A model generated the notes under the pieces. That model saw only the letters and a list, made by a program, of their open reading frames with translations, had not been told where the DNA came from and made no database searches. A DNA stretch of 64,000 nucleotides from the NCBI GenBank assembly GCA_038496445.1, contig JALMLS010000232.1:62001-126000 (forward strand), read 5' to 3'. Every line of letters begins with the position of its first letter. The stretch's first letter is position 1. This DNA comes from Trichosphaerium sp. ATCC 40318. Taxonomy: Eukaryota; Protista; Tubulinea. Below are positions 12,167 to 23,941 of the stretch, one piece after another. The translations under genes were made by a program, and so were the position numbers.

Positions 12167-13790
12167 ATGGCTGAAACAACGAGTGATAGCAAGGGAAAAT
12201 ATATTGTTAAGGGTTCTGGGTGGTTAGGAGAAGATGAGGAGGTTGATGAGCCCGACCATAAGATGATATTGTGTAAGTGGTTGCTGAATTGTAAATAACG
12301 TTATATAACACTCTTTAGCGTATAAAAAACCACAATGGGGCATTCAATGGGTCAAAGGAAAATTAGACCGCTCAAATGGCCTAAGGTGCGTAAATTACTG
12401 CTGTAATACGCCTTGACGATATTTTAAGACATGTTATTGCCGCAAATAGACACATCATCAACGACCAAGTACGTTATCAGAAAAAAAAGTCCAGCCAATA
12501 ACAAACATTTCAGTATTACCACATGAACGGTGAAAATATAGATTTATCGAAAGAAGTAGCAGATTTACAAGAGTCTACTACCTTTTTTGGTGGCGACACA
12601 CAAGCAGACCATGACTCGGTACGTATTGAATAGGAGACTGACCTTGGAATCCACGTGTCATCTCATCTTAGAAACTTAAAAGGCTATTTAGGAAATGTTA
12701 AAGGTTACTGATTTTTGCAAGAAAAATGAAGCTGAGCCTTTAGAAGCTGTTTATACTGTTGTTGATCAAGATTGTGTTGTAAGTGCTTTGTGACATGATC
12801 CCAATTTCTTTGTGGTATTCGAGAACTACTTATGTCTGTTTTAGGAAGCTACATTGAGGCTGGAAGCTAAGACTGGACGTAGACCTCTGGTTCTTAATTT
12901 TGCAGAACGATCAATTAGTCACGTTTGTGGCGCGTATGTTGGTATTTAAATCTCCCTCAGCTAATATGTTGTAAAGATGGGATGTATACTATCTAGGGTC
13001 CCAGGAAGAAGCTATTGCGCGCCGTAGTGCTGTATACCTGTCAGCTATGAATCCAAAACTCAATCCGAAGTTAAATCAAATGCTGCTTGATACTCACAAC
13101 GGCAAGCTACCTCGTCACCATATCCCAGAGTTTGGGTACGTATACAATATACCCATTGATTTACCTAACCGTTGGTTTATAGATGCTTATATCATGAGGG
13201 TAATTGCTGGTGATAGTCATTACTCTTCTAATACTGTTATCTTCAGGTGTTCCTATTATTAGAAATAAATGTTGGGCTCTTGCACGTGATTATAAAAAAA
13301 TCGATGTTGCTGCAGCTGGTGCCTGTGATCTTCGATTAAAACAATATTTTAGGTACGTCAGCAATATTATTTGAGTTACTAATAGTCTACAAGAGATGGA
13401 GAAAGAGCTAAATATATGACGCCATTAGGGAGTCTTATTGGTAAAAAATTCGAAATAGCAACAAAAAACAAAATTAGAATGGTGTTTGCTTGTGCAATAC
13501 AGACAGGTCATAAGGATCTAATACTCGGTACAATTATCGAAACTTATGTTGGTATGTACTAATAGTGTCAACAGGTGCTTTTGGATGTGGTGCCTTCTTG
13601 AACGAGCCAAAACTTATTGCAAGATATTTTAAAGAGGTACTACTTCTTGTTTTGGCTAAGAGAACCTGGCTCTTATGACTTTTTGTAGGTTCTGCAGGAG
13701 AGTTTGTTTATTGGTAGATTTGAACATGTTGTGTTTGCTGTATATGGAGGAGGAGACAATTTAAAGTGCTTTCAAAGAGAGTTCCCATAA
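12167..13790 (+). CDS. Microbial-type poly(ADP-ribose) glycohydrolase (TIGR02452/DUF2263 macrodomain), multi-exon
   Basis: PLVLNFA..VCGAWDVYYLGSQEEAIARRS and LILGAFGCGAFLNEP..IARYF..F.HVVFAV after splicing. Confidence 0.85.
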
Positions 13791-15214
13791 CGATGATAAA
13801 TAAATTATTTTTTGTACACACTCACATTTATCACAGTGCTCGTAGTATTAAAATGACACTTGATACTCTTGTTATTAATGGATAGCCCGATTTTGTTCAT
13901 TCTATACGATGATGCAACTATAGTAGACACAGTGGAACAAAAGAAGTGCGAGCTTGCTTCTGGTAAAAGTCTGCGACAAGATAAAAACTCCGTCCGAGCT
14001 GCCTAGTAGGTTTACACAGCTATGTGAGTCCCGCTTATGTTTTGTTGTGGGTTGTTGTGGGTGCCTGGTCATCAGATGAATGTGTATGTAGAGTACAACG
14101 AGAATACAAGAAGTAGTGATGTTGAAATGTATGTTGTAGATGAATATGACCCTTGTTGAGTTGCTGATATTCCAGGTTCATTCGAAGTCGGGTCTATTGT
14201 GAGGTTGGTTGTGGTTTGCACTTACTTTTCGCGAAATTGATTTGAGCCACGATTGACTAGAAATTGAACATTCTGCAAAAATGTTGTACAAACGCCGCCA
14301 GGTTCATTCGAACTTGGTTCTGTTACTGAGTGGGTCAGTTGTAGGACATAGTCGCTCAAACAGGTTAAGTTGGTGCAGAACCAGCTCAAAAGAGCTTTTT
14401 AGTATCGTGAATCTAAGGGGTACAACGTTGTGACTCTTTTAATACAAAAGAAAGGCAAACGCTATTTTGAACTGAAAGAGGCGCCAAAAAGGCTACAGTG
14501 GCATCACAGTTATGCGAATATCCCTCATATTACACACAAGGCCGTTTGAGAGCAAAAGTCAACAGAAAATCGGTAACGGTACGATCACGTTTTTTTGAAA
14601 CCGAAAAGGCAAGTTACAGGTTCAAACCGTCACCATCGCTATGATACATTTACGCTATAAAATCGAAGCAAGTTTTGAGCGACAAGCGCTTGAATGAAGC
14701 TACAACAGAAAGATCGTCCTTTTTTTGGATCAGAACAACACAAAACGTATTACTTTACATTAATAACATACCACTGGTAAATAAAGGTTGATTACGCAAA
14801 TTCTCGGTTCTTCGGATTCTTATTATTTTGCATTGGCTTAATATCCCTTTTAAATATAGATGAGTCTCAAAATACGCGTGGGAGATACCACACGGGAACG
14901 CAGAAACCGGTGTAAGTTGCATTTAAGTCTTTTTCGAATTTCACTTTTTTCACATTTGTTTCTCAACATTGCAGTCCCGATTTACTTCATAACTCCACAT
15001 CTTAAAACCCAACATCGAAATCCGAATATATACTATCGATTGGCCACAATATGCTTCTATTAACACGTACAACGCATTGGACCGGTTTTCTCAAAAACCG
15101 TGGTAAACCACAATTTTTTTGCAACAAGAAATTACTTGGTTAAAAGCAAAATGGATTTTTTATCTAGTGGAAGCATACGAATACTAAACTACAATATCTA
15201 TACTTCTGCTTGAC

Positions 15215-15538
15215 ATGTCAAGACTACTCCGAGCAGTGCGAAAGTACGCTCGTAAAAAATACGATTCTCTCCTGGGCAGACCATTAGTGATTAAAGTCAC
15301 GGTCACAGTCCCTAAAAGCATCCTGGTTAATACCAACCCAGACTACACATACGCTCTGACTTGGGACCCACAGGTAGAAGACCTCTACTACCCACCTACA
15401 GGCGTATCAAATATCATAATGATATCCAGCTATGACATAGATCTAGCAAAAATGGCATTCGAAGGCGGAAGGCCCAAGAATGTAAAAAAAAACAAAAAAA
15501 AAAAACAAAAAAAAAAAACCAAAAAACAATTTTGCTGA
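15215..15538 (+). other. Intronless orphan ORF (107 aa) ending in an A-rich tract
   Basis: ORF track; C-richer composition than its flanks; A-run 15484-15529 supplies the poly-Lys C-terminus. Confidence 0.35.
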
Positions 15539-16116
15539 AAATCCTTTGCAACAACAAAGAGGTTGTTGCACCCCTTTTGTATACCTAGTTTAAAATATGA
15601 ATTTGAGTTTTGAATTGCGGGTGACACCGAACTGTGGACGCAATTATTGTTTCAGCAACTAATTTATTTTGCTTGCAATCTCGATCTCACTGACACATGG
15701 CTTCATGTGGAAAAACCCAACTCGTGTGGGTGTTGATCACCTTTCTTTACCAGCGAGTTTACATAAAAGTAAGCTTAACATATTCTAGTCACTCACTGGC
15801 GCTGTCACAGCACTCATTTAACTTGTGCAGCAATTTCTTATTCTTCAAGAATTGATAGTAAAAATAAACACTGCTTTCTTTATGAATTGGACAGAGCGCT
15901 CAAAGACCAATAAACAAGACGCTTTGTTAACCCAGTAGTTGCAAGGGCTATTTCTTAATCGTATAGAATTGACATGGTGCAATGACAGGTTCTTCTTTGT
16001 ATTTACACAACAATACGTCATGTTCAAAGTAATCCTAAAGAAAGTGCTTTAACTCTGAGAAATTTCTTCATAAGTCACGTTTTTGACACTAAATAGGTTT
16101 AAAACACTTTTTGCGT

Positions 16117-18474
16117 ATGGAATCACCTCCATTAAAGCGCGTAAGTCCAAATACTTGCCAGGAAAATGAGCCTGTAATTCCTTATGATCTATTGTACCTT
16201 ATATTCAAAGGATTGGATTCTTACGACATAGCCAGCGCTAGTGCCGTTAACGTACGTGTCAAAACCGTTTTTTTATTCTTAATCAACGTTTAGACTCTAT
16301 GGCACTCTGTTTCTACCGAGCGTGCGTTCAAATGGCGCCCTGTTCTTCGGTTTGCATCAAAGTACAATGCCACACAGAAAATGGAACCAAATGAACGTAT
16401 TGTGATCGTTCAGTTTATAAACAAGCGTTTTGAAGCCCGTTTGACATTTTTTAATGCTCCTGACGAGCAAAAGTCGCAAAGTAGTGCTTTAGACGTAGAT
16501 TCGCCTCTCTTCGATGTGGCGTACGCAGACATCACTTTTGATACCAGAGATGTGATACAAAAGGCATTCTTGGAACCCTGGGACGTTAGAAAGCCTTCAA
16601 GGCTGTGGAAGCTAAACATTGATAAAAATGAGGAACAAGTTGAGTTGACTTTGGATTTACATGTTGGAGAGTTGGCAGATCTTGTAAGTCGTGGTGATGT
16701 ACCTGAGCGTGGCGATCTTATAAAGGCACTTGTTGCAAGGGAATTCAAAAAAATTGCGTCTTTAGAACTGAAAGAGAGCTCAACTGTTGCGAAGCAACAC
16801 GTGCGTTTTTTTGGTTTAGATGAAAAATGTTGATTTGATTCTTGTCTTCTAGATGAAATCTGTGAATATTCCACAGCCTGATGGGATTAAAGTGAATCTA
16901 TATAAATATCAGATGAGTGCTATTACTTGGATGAAGTCATTAGAGGATGACATTATTGCAAAGAAACGTACGAAACAAAACCCAAAAAACAATGCTCTTT
17001 CACGTGGTTCCTCTTTTCTTCTCATTACTGTTTTCTTCTAGCACTTAAGTTTCCTAAACTATACTCTTGGCGGATTACTGATCATAAGTTTTCTCTACAT
17101 GATTATCATGAACCTGATTCAATAGTGTTCAGTCCGGAGGCTTCAAAAGAGCCAGAGAACTTCTCAGATGTAGAATACAGCGGTGGGATATTAGCAGATG
17201 AAAGTGGTCTTGGAAAGACTCTTGAGTTAATAGGCTTGATATTAACCAATCCCAAGAAACTTCCGTTTGAATCCATAGTAACACCTGACGAGTCACAAGT
17301 CCCTGCTCTTTTTCAGACAAAAGCAACGCTTGGTACATTTTTTTTTGTTTTTTTCTGCATTGATTGTTTGTTGTTTTAAATTCATGAAGCCTTTGAAGGT
17401 TCTTTATTTGTACCTTTTTCACAAATTACTGGCTCTAACGACTTTTACTTTTAGTTTGCTGTGAGGCATCATCTTGCAAGCATTGGCTCAATGAATTTGA
17501 AACAAAAACAGACGGATCGCTCAAAGTAACTTTTCTTTGGTTCAGTAGTTTACATTTAATTCTCTTTAGATTGTGTACTGCGACAGTATTCAGACTCATT
17601 CCAAGTTAACCTATAAGAATATCATTGAAGCAGGTGTGTAACTTATTTGCTAACACGTTCCCATTAATGATAATATTGTAGACGTTGTTCTTTTGTCACA
17701 TAGCTTTCTTGTTGATGGAAGTTACGTGAATGATTTGATGGGTGTTGAAACTTTTGTATCTGTTGGTGTACGATCAAAAACTCGGTTCAGTTTGTATCAT
17801 ATTCAATATTGACATTATTCAACTAGGAACTCATTGACCAGAGGTTTGATAAAGTTGTTACTAAACGCAAAGTACGAAACACAGCCGACTTTTTATGTTG
17901 CTGACTTTGTTGATTTCAGGTTTTGCTAAAGAACCAAAATTGGATTTCCGAGACAAAACCTCTCTTTGAGAACTTTCTGTGGCATAGAATAGTACTAGAT
18001 GATGTGCGTTATTTAAATTGTATTGTAATATTAACATAAATACAGGCACCAGACGCCCTGAGACGTGGCGGCATACCAGGTAAGTTTTTCCTCTACTCTA
18101 GTAGTGTAGAAAAAAGAAAAAATGAAGTTATTAACTCAATGTCAAGAATTTTTTGAGAACGTTTTCTCAACGTATCGATGGTATATTTGTAATGCAGTAA
18201 ACCTTGAAACGTATGTATCATATGCTTTACTACGTACACATCCTTAATTATTTAAACAGAATACGGCCATTCAACTTTCTAGAAGTGGGTTTGGTTGATC
18301 CTTGGTACCCTTCCTCTTTTTTTCTTTATTTTTTTTTGAATGTCCACCTCCTTTATTTACTTTGTATTTTGCCAATTTAGGACAAAGTGCAGCATGTTTA
18401 TTAGAGAAAAGTTGGTTTGGAGGCACACCAAAAAGAGTATAAAGGAAAAGCTTTTAGAACGTCCATTGGCGTAA
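16117..18474 (+). CDS. F-box protein fused to a SNF2 (Rad5/SHPRH-like) N-terminal lobe only; no helicase C lobe
   Basis: F-box IPYDLLYLIFKGLDSYDIASASAVNTLW; LYKYQMSAITWM, GGILADESGLGKT, KATL, WHRIVLDD; stop shortly after VWRHTKK (LRRTK-like motif). Confidence 0.75.
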
Positions 18475-18772
18475 TACATGTATCTACACAATAAACAGAC
18501 AAAAGCTCTTGTTTGATTAAATTCTATACTACTACTCAGTGCTAGAGTCAATCATACTACCGTTCATACGATATACTATGCTGTATTACACAAGTATGTT
18601 TGGAATAGAAAATATGTTATACACTTGTAGTATTGTCAGCCAGAAAACTCATACAAATTTACGTGCTAGCAACTGCAAAAATACTATGAAACTATTGTAT
18701 TACAGGAGATTTGTTTATTAAATACTCTTGGCATTATACATGGTAACAGATATAATGTTGGGAAACATGCAT

Positions 18773-20098
18773 TTACATGCTTGCCAGCTCAAAAAATACA
18801 ACAGAACACAAGAATAACACTTTTTTTATTAATTGTTTTTTCTTTTTTTTCTTGCCATACAATACTTGTGCGTGCTGTTCACATTTCCAACATTCTATTG
18901 CCAAACACTTATTAATCTCCATAGTATCTTTTATTGAGTGGACTGTTGCTTCGAAAAAAGGAATGCCATACTTGTCTGCCAACGCTAGTAATAGGAAGCA
19001 ATAAGAAAAAAAATCATTGAATGTTCAGTTTGTAGTCCATCTGTGAGTTCTTTCATTGTCGATGGCTCACAAATGGTTTTATTGGTACCACATTCAATCA
19101 CATGACCGGATTGTTTTTGAGCTTATTTATATTCATCAATATGTCACGTGTTTGTAAACATATCTCATACCAACAACGAAAGAACTTGCACATTGGCTTG
19201 TTTAAAAAAAAAGGTATTTTTCCACTTTACCTTTTCCTTCAGCAAAAGAAACCTCACGCTGTTTTGAATCTGAGGTCATTTTATATCCAACAAGAACAGC
19301 AGGTACCTTAAAAACTATTAGACGTGGATTCTGAGAAATATGACATGAAACTGTGCAATACCAAACTAAAGTCTTCACATTCTGTTGCCTGAAGTATTGC
19401 TGGGAAAAATGTATCTTTGCACTCAACAAGAGAATTTTTTGAAGTGATGGAGTATTTAATACGAAAACTCCCATTGCAAGCCAAGTAATCATATATTCTA
19501 CTATCCTGGAAATCAAGGTCAGCAGAGCCACTCAGAAAAAAAAAGTTTCCCTTAAAAGTACCCAGTCGAAAGTACATATGTCAAAAATTTGAAATATCAC
19601 AAGGGTGCCATTAACGCTTACACTTTCACTGTTGATTTGTAAATAAACACGATATTTATATCAACGCACATGTGGGCCTAGAACAAACAATGAGATATAG
19701 CTAAGAAAGTAGTGTTAAGTTGCACACATCTTCTAAAATTGGGTCATAAGGTGCACCTATTCAAAGTAAGTACAAAATTAAGACTATGTCAGATACCATC
19801 GCTTCCCATCCAACAAACCGAAATAATATCTTGTGAGCGTCCTGGAGACTGTAATAGCTTCTAGTACATAACGTGAGTCAACATTTGCACCAAACAGAAT
19901 TGTGGGTGTTTGCATGGCTTTGAAGCGTACGTTTCGCTTTGCAACAACTTGTGTGAGCTCCTTGAAGTGTTTACAAACAAATCGCAGTGTATTTAGCTGA
20001 GTTGATGTGCAATGAGCTAAAATACATACCAACACCTCATTGGGCAGCATGTTTAGTAATGCAGAAGCAGTTTTGTACTTTTGTTGTTTGTTACCCAT
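18773..20098 (-). CDS. F-box protein fused to a degenerate Ras-like GTPase domain
   Basis: MGNKQQK N-terminus; F-box LPNEVLVCILAHC..LRFVCKHF; YDPILED (switch I), FQIFDISGS, YSITSKNSL, VPAVLVGYK, REVSFAEGKALADKYGIPFFEAT; polybasic tail. Confidence 0.78.
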
Positions 20099-20739
20099 TA
20101 TATATGAGGTTTATACGTTCAGACAGTACCCGCCAATTGTAATGATTACATTGGAGGTACTTAACCCGTGTGTATTCAGTGACAAAAAGATATTGGTTCA
20201 CGACAATCTTTCATCAACACATTAATAGTTTTCCTTTATTAAAAGAGTGAGAATTGAAGAGGAAATACTGTATTTATTTTTGTATGTTGTCTCATCTGTT
20301 TTGTTAAAATTAGCATGGTTTAGGCACTAGTGCTTGTTCTAAACAGTACAAATAGAGAATTAACTTGCCAGAAGCAGTTAAAAACAGATTGTAGAGAAAG
20401 AAATGCAAAAACAGTAAACCACTTTTACTAGGAGGAAAGTTCAAGAAGGCGTGTTCATTATTGTTAATTAAAAAAAAGGATAAGCTTTGTTGGGAAACTT
20501 ACGGCTAGTATAATGGTGATCACACAAAAGTAGCACTGATTATAAGTATTGCACGTGCAAGGAGCTAATGTATCATATCACTTCTAATAAAAACCTATCA
20601 TGGTAAAACCCTATTTGTTTTCCGGTTTTCTATCAAAAAAAAAAGAAAATTGTTTCAAGTTAATCAACACAAAAAATACAGTAAAAACGCTATATATCAC
20701 GTGTTTACAAGTAATAAAAATAAATCCAATATCATACTA

Positions 20740-21705
20740 TTATAATGCATCCAAGTCTGCTAATGAAGGACCATGACCTTGATATATTATCAACAAACAA
20801 GACTTTTTAATTAATCGTACCTTTGGCTGAATCGAACTCAATTACAGATCTAATTCTGTCAATGTACTCGCGGTCAAACCTTTCTGATCCTTCAGGCCAT
20901 TGCTTTATACGGTATTCATAAAATTTACGTCCTTCTCTTTCGCAAGCTAGCAAGATACTTAGCGACATAAAATGACATACAAGAAAAACAAACACTTACC
21001 AACAATCAAGTTATTCTCGTTGCCATCGTCTTCTATAAGCACTTCTTTTGTATGATCACACTTCCAGACACCATCTATAATAACATAAGAATAATACAAG
21101 TACCTTTAAACAAAAACAAAAAGAGAACAAGGACCTCAAAACTCTTCAAAAACTTTTCAGTAATCAAAAAAAAATAACTAAAAAAATCGCTACGCGAGTA
21201 GTGGAGGCCTAAGTAGTTAAAGAAAAAATTTACGTCACGTGTGGCGCGTACCAACTACAAATTTATGTTTGTACTTCTTTCCTGATTCTAATGACATAGA
21301 AGCCTTAAAGACATCTCCAGATCGCGTCATTATGATACTTCCCTGCCAGTTGTTTAAAAATTCTCCTTTCAAAACAACACCAACACCACCATGAGGCCAA
21401 ATAAAGTCGACATTGACGTCTTCTAACGGAATAACTTTTTTTGGCGGAGGTGGAGGCGGTTTAGGTGCTGATTCCACTTTTTTAGGTTTTTGGACGGGTG
21501 GTGGGGCTTGTTTCTTTGGTTGAGGCTTTTTTTGTTGCTTTTTAGGCTGCTGTTTAGGCGCTTGCTGTTTCTTTGGCTTAGGCGCGCTCTTTTTAGCTGG
21601 AGAAGGCGCAGCAGGGCTATTATTTGGAAATTTAGCGCTAGACACTACAGCATAAAAATCTATTGATGAGGTGCTCATTCCCGCGGCTGCAGACTTCGCT
21701 GCCAT
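20740..21705 (-). CDS. AMPK-beta-type glycogen-binding (CBM48) domain protein with Lys/Pro/Gln-rich N-terminal region
   Basis: FIWPHGGVGVVLKGEFLNNW..SLESGKKYKHKFVVDGVW..DDGNENNLI. Confidence 0.8.
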
Positions 21706-21928
21706 TGTTAATTGATCGTTGTTTGGTTTTTGGAATAGGTAAACACAACTTAAATCAAAACGGACTTCACCAAACATTACACGTCATTAAAACATATACT
21801 GCCATACCTACAAATGAACACAAACACAAAGAGCTACATTATCTTTCGAAACAACCAAAAGACCACAAGAACTTTGGAAAATGAAAAACAACTTTTTTTT
21901 TTACTCTACAATTTTACGAGGTTTATTA

Positions 21929-23819
21929 TTATTGGTACAATATCTCAATATCATGACTTGTTCTACTGAGAATATGAGCTGTCATTGCCTTGATATCTTT
22001 AGGTGCTGCCCTGAAAAAATCTGGAGATGATGTCTCATTGTAACTAAAGGAACAAGAAGTGAGAACAGAAGCTCGAAAAAAAAAAGCATTTTCTGAAAGA
22101 ACGAATTCGAAAAATGAAGAAAACGGCCTGTACGTACTGTAAAACGAGATGACGTTTTTCAATTACAATCATCTTGGCTATTGCTTTATACTCGTGACAA
22201 GCACGAACCTCACCAAGATCAGGATGTACTCTTAAATAGTATTTCTCTCCAAATCTTAAAATACGACGTAAACGTCTCCAATACCAATTTGTATGAATAA
22301 CATGAAACTCAAGCATATTTCCTTCTTCCATAGGAGCATCAGCTCTTCTAAAAGCAAAAAAAGTGAGTATTGAAGACCAAAAAAAGATGAAAGTTATGAA
22401 TGTCTTTGTTTTTGTTCAAAAAAAATAGCACGTACTTGAACCACGACAATGGATTTACATAAGACAGTAAGTTAACAACAGCCTCTGCACCATCTAAACA
22501 CCTATCTACAATACCAAGTTGAAGCTCAGCAGGTGCTTCAACACTTGTATTGGATAAATATTGATCAATAACACCTTCCTCTTTGTTCTAGAAAAAAACT
22601 TAATAACCCAACAAAGAATGATGCGTGTACCTTCTTCAAAGCCTCTAGCCCTCCAATGTACTGGCCGCGCCAAAATACAGTTGGAAAAACTAGTTTACCT
22701 CCACATTTGGCTTTTATGTACCCAGTGAGTTCAATATCGTGTGCTAGATCAACACGCTTGAGAACAAAACAATTAGCAACTTTTTGACATTCCTAAATTT
22801 TGATGAACGTACAACAATATCTTTTTGAGATACGCCCCAACTACTTAAGAGTGCTTCACATGCTTGTGTAGCATCAATAGTCTGTTTGGTTACTGTATTA
22901 GAACGCATATATATTGTGAATGTAGGAGGTTCTGGAACTTGTAAGGATAGTGTAGAATCGCTTTTCAGCCTATAGTGCACGTCAGTAAAAGAATCGAAAA
23001 ACGGAAATTTGACATTTGAAAAAAAGTTAACGTACGTCACCCAAGTGTCGTCAATATCAGCAATATCGATCTCACTTTCTTTAGTTTGTGTTTTGGCGGT
23101 TTCCTAATGAGTAAGAACGTCAGCACAGCACTTCGTTTGAGGACAAAACAGCTGTCTGTAAACTATCTAAACCTTTTGAACAATGCGTACACTTGTGTTT
23201 GGCGATGCCGCTGAGTCGTTTTGTTTAGGCGATCTAGAAGTGTTAGTTAAGATTTGTAGAGGATTGGCCGCGTATTTCAATGAACTATAAGCGTACAGTT
23301 CCTGCATTACGTTGAGATATGACGTACGTGGCATTTGACGTTTTTTCGGCTGGTTCGGAGGTTTTTTGTTCTTGAGTAGAATTCACGTTAATTAAAGGCA
23401 CAGAGCTATCTAATAGCGATTTCTCCCGCTGTAGGATAGCTATTTGGTTCCTTGTCTCTAACTCTGTTGAATCGACCGATTGTATATTTTGTGGCGCGTC
23501 GTCCGTTGCACTAGCCACCGGCGAAGGCTTTGGTTTGTCTACAACGTATTAAAATTCACTTGTCTACATGTAATTACCCGTTGGTATTACAGTCTTCATT
23601 GTGAGCAAGTAGTCAAGCGCCTACAGGTATTTGAGGAATTCTCTAACATTTGTACAATAATAACCTTATCAACATCCTGACCGTTCTCCCGCAATACTAA
23701 CTAACATAAATAGACCATCAAAAAACGTTTTTTGTACCTCGTTGGCATACAGAAAAATCCATGCCCATCATAGACGCGAGCTCGTTAGCTGCAGTCTTAC
23801 TGCGCGTTGCAGTTGCCAT
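21929..23819 (-). CDS. Multi-domain protein: UBA-like N-terminus, glutaredoxin/SH3BGR-like domain, PH-like C-terminus
   Basis: ELASMMGMDFSVCQRVLRENGQDVDK; FTIYM..FPTVFWRGQYIGGLEAL with no CxxC; FHVIHTNWYWRRLRRILRFGEKYYLRVHP. Confidence 0.6.
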
Positions 23820-23941
23820 CAGTGATCGTTCGTCGTTTTCTGAACGTAGTTGACTCAGCGTTTTGTACCTCGATTTTATTGCCCAATTCGCTGCGTCAGA
23901 AAAAAACATTTTGTTGTAGGATAAAGGAAAAAAAGGATAAT

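Noticed and set aside
18795-18830. CaaX-like CVLL at the end of the F-box-Ras gene
   Set aside because: Out of frame with the Ras exon and followed by TAT, not a stop; it would need two sequence errors
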